From assembly GCA_910586245.1 (NCBI GenBank), contig CAJUFY010000004.1:32573-96572 (forward strand): DNA of 64,000 nt, in the 5' to 3' direction. Shown here in pieces: positions 61,116 through 64,000 of the stretch. The stretch's first letter is position 1, and each line of letters begins with the position of its first letter. A model generated the notes under the pieces. That model ran no database searches. It was given only the letters and a program-made list of their open reading frames with translations, and was not told where the DNA came from. Position numbers and translations under genes: made by a program. The stretch is from an uncultured Christensenella sp. (GTDB lineage Bacteria; Bacillota; Clostridia; Christensenellales; Borkfalkiaceae).

Positions 61116-62620
61116 AGAGCAGAGCTTATCTGGAAGAGATCAGGGGCGCGGAAGGCTTAAAACGCGCCGTATTGCGAAAGATCGAAGTCAAGGGGACGAC
61201 GGCGACCTTTTATTTGGCGACCGATCTGAATTATTCGGAGGAAGATGCGGCGCACGCGCAGGAAGTTACCGCGCGTTATACGCCGGCGGGGTTTACCTCC
61301 GCCGTAAAAATCATGAAGGCGGTGCCGAGTGAGGAAGGGATCCGCCGTGCCGTACTGGATTTGTTGAAAACGCGCTTCCCTGCGGTTGCGGCGTTCGTCG
61401 AACCGGAGGACGTGGAAGCGATTGTCGAATCGGGCGGCGGACATTTTATCGTGGGTATCGGTAGCGCGGAACAGGCGCTCACGCCGCCTTCCGTGCTGGA
61501 TAAACTGTGCGCGGAGCTCGGCAAACAGTTTTGCGGCGTGTGGTACGGCGAATTCCGAAAAGTGGAAAAGGCGCGCGGGGAAATCGAACAGGAAGAACTT
61601 CCGCCTGCGGAACCCGTGCGCGGGCCGCGCTTTTTCCCCGTATGCGAATACGGCGAAATCGACGGTGGAAAACCGCAGAACGCCGTTTATATTGCCGATC
61701 TCGTCAAAGAAATGCAGGGCGTTACCGTATGCGGGGTAATTTCGTTCATCGCGGAGCGCATGACTAAAAACGAGAAACCGTATTTTTCGATTTCTCTTTC
61801 CGACGGCACGGGGCAGCTGCGCGTTTCCTACTTTACCAAAAAAGCCACGCTGGAAAAAATCCGCGGGTTAAAAGCGGGGGACAGCGTGTGCCTGACGGGG
61901 GATAACGAACTGTTCAACGGATCGCTTTCTTTCCGTGCAAAGTTTCTCGATTACGGCAGCGCGCCCAAAGATTTCGTTCCGGAAAGCCGACCTTCCCGCC
62001 CCGTTCCCGCAAAGTACAGGACGGTGTTTCCGTCGCCTGCAAGCGACTTCGTGCAGGCGGCAATGTTCGGCGAAAGCGTTTTGCCCGAGGAGTTCAAGCA
62101 AAAAGAATTCGTCGTATTCGATCTGGAAACGACGGGACTGAACTGTGCGCCCGGAGGGGCGATGGATAAAATCATCGAAGTCGGCGCGGTAAAGATCAAA
62201 GACGGACAAATTTGCGAAAAGTTTTCTACGTTCGTGGCTTGTCCCGTAAAGCTGAGTATCGAAATCGTGCGTCTTACGGGAATTACAGATGAAATGCTCG
62301 TCGGCGCGCCCGACATCAAAGACGTAGTCGCGGATTTTTATAAGTTTGCGTCGGGATGTTATCTCGTGGGGCACAACGTGCAGTTCGACTACAAGTTTAT
62401 GCGCTACTACGGCGAAGCGGAAGGTTATCTGTTCGATCAGAAGCAGTACGATACGGTGACTTTTTCGCAGGAAATGCTTCGGCTTTCCAACTACAAGCTG
62501 AACACGGTTGCCGAACACTTCGGTTTTTCGTTCAATCACCACCGCGCTTACGACGATGCGTTCGTCACCGCAAAAATTTTTATGGAACTCGTAAAAATGA
62601 AAAAAGGATTGCCTCGTTAA
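61112..62620 (+). CDS. PolC-like N-terminal region plus OB fold plus DnaQ-type 3'-5' exonuclease domain. No PHP or polymerase domain.
   Basis: ATG 61112 overlaps the ispG stop (ATGA); the track ORF 60410.. is a frame artefact upstream. OB: VTVCGVISFIAERMTKNEKPYFSISLSDGTGQLRVSYFTK. Exo I: FVVFDLETTGL. Exo II: LVGHNVQFDYKFM. Exo III: HHRAYDDAFVTAKIF. Confidence 0.75.
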   Translation: MKSRAYLEEIRGAEGLKRAVLRKIEVKGTTATFYLATDLNYSEEDAAHAQEVTARYTPAGFTSAVKIMKAVPSEEGIRRAVLDLLKTRFPAVAAFVEPEDVEAIVESGGGHFIVGIGSAEQALTPPSVLDKLCAELGKQFCGVWYGEFRKVEKARGEIEQEELPPAEPVRGPRFFPVCEYGEIDGGKPQNAVYIADLVKEMQGVTVCGVISFIAERMTKNEKPYFSISLSDGTGQLRVSYFTKKATLEKIRGLKAGDSVCLTGDNELFNGSLSFRAKFLDYGSAPKDFVPESRPSRPVPAKYRTVFPSPASDFVQAAMFGESVLPEEFKQKEFVVFDLETTGLNCAPGGAMDKIIEVGAVKIKDGQICEKFSTFVACPVKLSIEIVRLTGITDEMLVGAPDIKDVVADFYKFASGCYLVGHNVQFDYKFMRYYGEAEGYLFDQKQYDTVTFSQEMLRLSNYKLNTVAEHFGFSFNHHRAYDDAFVTAKIFMELVKMKKGLPR

Positions 62621-62628
62621 AGTCATAT

Positions 62629-62668
62629 AAAAACCCGTCCGCAGACGACGTCTGCGGACGGGTTTTTT
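62629..62668. terminator. Bidirectional hairpin terminator
   Basis: A5-CCCGTCCGCAGACG-ACG-TCTGCGGACGGG-T6. Confidence 0.85.
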
Positions 62669-62678
62669 ATTTTGTGAT

Positions 62679-63497
62679 TCAATATCTCGTCTGAATGGTG
62701 TTGCGGGGACAGGATTCTGCGCATTTGCCGCATTTGATACACTTTTCGTAGTCGATTACGGGCAGATTGTCTACCATCGTAATCGCGCCGGAAGGGCATA
62801 CCTTTGCGCATTTGCCGCAGGCGATACAGCCGTATTTGCAAACGTCCATTACCGCTTTTCCCTTATCGTGCGAGGAGCAGGCGATATAAACTTTCGCGTC
62901 GGCGGGAATCCGCTCGAACAGACCTTTCGGGCAGGTCGTAATGCACGCCCCGCACGAAATGCAACGGTCGGGGTCTACGTTCGCGCATTCTTCTTTTAAA
63001 CAGATTGCGGATTCGGGGCACACCCGAACGCAGTTTCCGCCGCCCATGCAGCCGTATTTGCAGTCTTTATGACCGCCGTAAAGTTTGTTTTCTTCGTTGC
63101 AGTCGATCGCGCCCGAATATTCGAACGCGTCGGTCGCATTCATTCCGCCGTTGCAGCGGCACACCGCGACCGTGGGCTTTGCGTCCTCGAAGGGTACGCC
63201 CAGCACGCCTGCGATAATTTCTTTTTCCGTCTTCTGCGTCACGTGGCAGTCGCCCAGCGTCGCTTCGCCGCGCGCAAGCTTTGCCGCGAATCCCGCGCAA
63301 CCCGAACAGCCGCAGCCGCCGCAGTTCGCGCCCGCAAGGTGCGAGAGAATGGCTTCCACCTTTTCGTCGGGATTCGTTTTGCAAAATTTCGCAACGAGAA
63401 GAATGCACACCGTAAGCAGTACGGCGATCGCCGCAAAGATTCCGATTACGATTCCTACCTGCGCCCACTGTACGGACGCCAAAATCAATTCGTTCAT
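62679..63497 (-). CDS. rnfB: Rnf electron-transport complex subunit B (polyferredoxin)
   Basis: N-terminal TM, CGGCGCSGCAGFA cluster, and multiple CxxCxxCxxxCP ferredoxin motifs. Confidence 0.9.
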   Translation of the reverse strand: MNELILASVQWAQVGIVIGIFAAIAVLLTVCILLVAKFCKTNPDEKVEAILSHLAGANCGGCGCSGCAGFAAKLARGEATLGDCHVTQKTEKEIIAGVLGVPFEDAKPTVAVCRCNGGMNATDAFEYSGAIDCNEENKLYGGHKDCKYGCMGGGNCVRVCPESAICLKEECANVDPDRCISCGACITTCPKGLFERIPADAKVYIACSSHDKGKAVMDVCKYGCIACGKCAKVCPSGAITMVDNLPVIDYEKCIKCGKCAESCPRNTIQTRY

Positions 63498-63511
63498 TTT
63501 TTCGACCTCCG

Positions 63512-64000
63512 TTAAAATTTAATCAGCGTGAACACGTAGAACGCCATTGCCATCAGACTTGCCGCCACCATCGTGATCGGGAATCCCTTCATGCATTTAG
63601 CAACGGGGAGTTTTTCGATCCGTTCGCGTACGCCGCCCATCAGCACCATCGAGAACGTAAAGCCGATGCCTGCCGCTAAGGCGTAGAGGAGCGCAAAGCC
63701 GAGGTTCATACCGCCTTGCAGCCCGCTTACGATTCCGCTCAGGTCGTTCACGAGCACGAGCTCTGCCACGCCGAGAATCGCGCAGTTGGTGGTAATCAAG
63801 GGAAGATAAATTCCCATTGCCTGATACAGGGAGGGGGAAATTTTTCCGATGACTTTTTCCAGCATTTGTACGAGCGCCGCAATAATGAAAATAAAGAAGA
63901 TGATTTCAAGATACTCAATTTTGAGCGGCACCATTACGTACGTATAAAGGGGATAGGTTACAAGCGTTGCGAGCAACATGACGAGCGTTACTGCGATGCC
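63512..64000 (-). CDS. rnfA: Rnf electron-transport complex subunit A (5' end beyond the window)
   Basis: The frame is open to position 64000. GIYLPLITTNCAILGVA and GGVRERI align with E. coli RsxA from about residue 40 onward. Confidence 0.88.
   Translation of the reverse strand, partial: GIAVTLVMLLATLVTYPLYTYVMVPLKIEYLEIIFFIFIIAALVQMLEKVIGKISPSLYQAMGIYLPLITTNCAILGVAELVLVNDLSGIVSGLQGGMNLGFALLYALAAGIGFTFSMVLMGGVRERIEKLPVAKCMKGFPITMVAASLMAMAFYVFTLIKF

Noticed and set aside
1-64000. CRISPR arrays, rRNA operons, IS elements, toxin-antitoxin pairs or known defence-system genes
   Set aside because: I saw no regularly spaced short direct repeats. None of the ORFs has cas, RT, restriction/modification, Abi-nuclease or transposase motifs. 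The CPBP protease is Abi-like in fold only.

Overview
This is a 64-kb chromosomal window from a moderately GC-rich, anaerobic, spore-forming Firmicute. The Clostridia-like hallmarks are sigG, rnfBA, a class-I Fe-S hydro-lyase, radical-SAM genes, a T-box leader and Gram-positive lipoboxes. No species can be assigned from sequence alone, and all family calls rest on motif recognition, not database searches.

I support about 50 protein genes, one tRNA-Glu(CUC), one candidate 6S-like sRNA and one Ile T-box leader. There are also several near-consensus sigma-A promoters and many hairpin terminators.

Housekeeping blocks: rny, pepV, radC, rlmH, tadA, metK, bioY, tcdA, ttcA, ilvA-ridA, sigG, ileS, nrdR, ispG and rnfBA. 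They flank a roughly 22.5-kb Gram-positive polysaccharide-utilisation locus (27.2-49.7 kb). That locus contains:
- an AraC-family regulator;
- a circularly permuted, membrane-anchored GH3;
- a substrate-binding protein plus two permeases;
- a GH43-like lipoprotein;
- a CBM9-like lipoprotein;
- a 1684-aa repeat lipoprotein;
- cytoplasmic GH3, GH2 and GH78 enzymes.

A second carbohydrate-active pair sits at 1-4 kb.

I saw no CRISPR array, transposase, integrase, phage gene or recognisable defence gene.

Most unusual observations:
1. A stand-alone 102-aa protein with 24 cysteines.
2. The only two G9 homopolymer tracts in the window, each embedded in the same CTTGACAA..ATC-G9-TA promoter context upstream of envelope-protein genes. 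This suggests phase variation.
3. The uncharacterised giant repeat lipoprotein and its partner inside the locus, with His/Cys modules shared with the permuted GH3.
4. A PolC-like N-terminal/OB/exonuclease protein that lacks a polymerase domain.
5. Two apparently leaderless mRNAs with identical promoter-to-ATG geometry.
6. radC translationally coupled to a two-component system.
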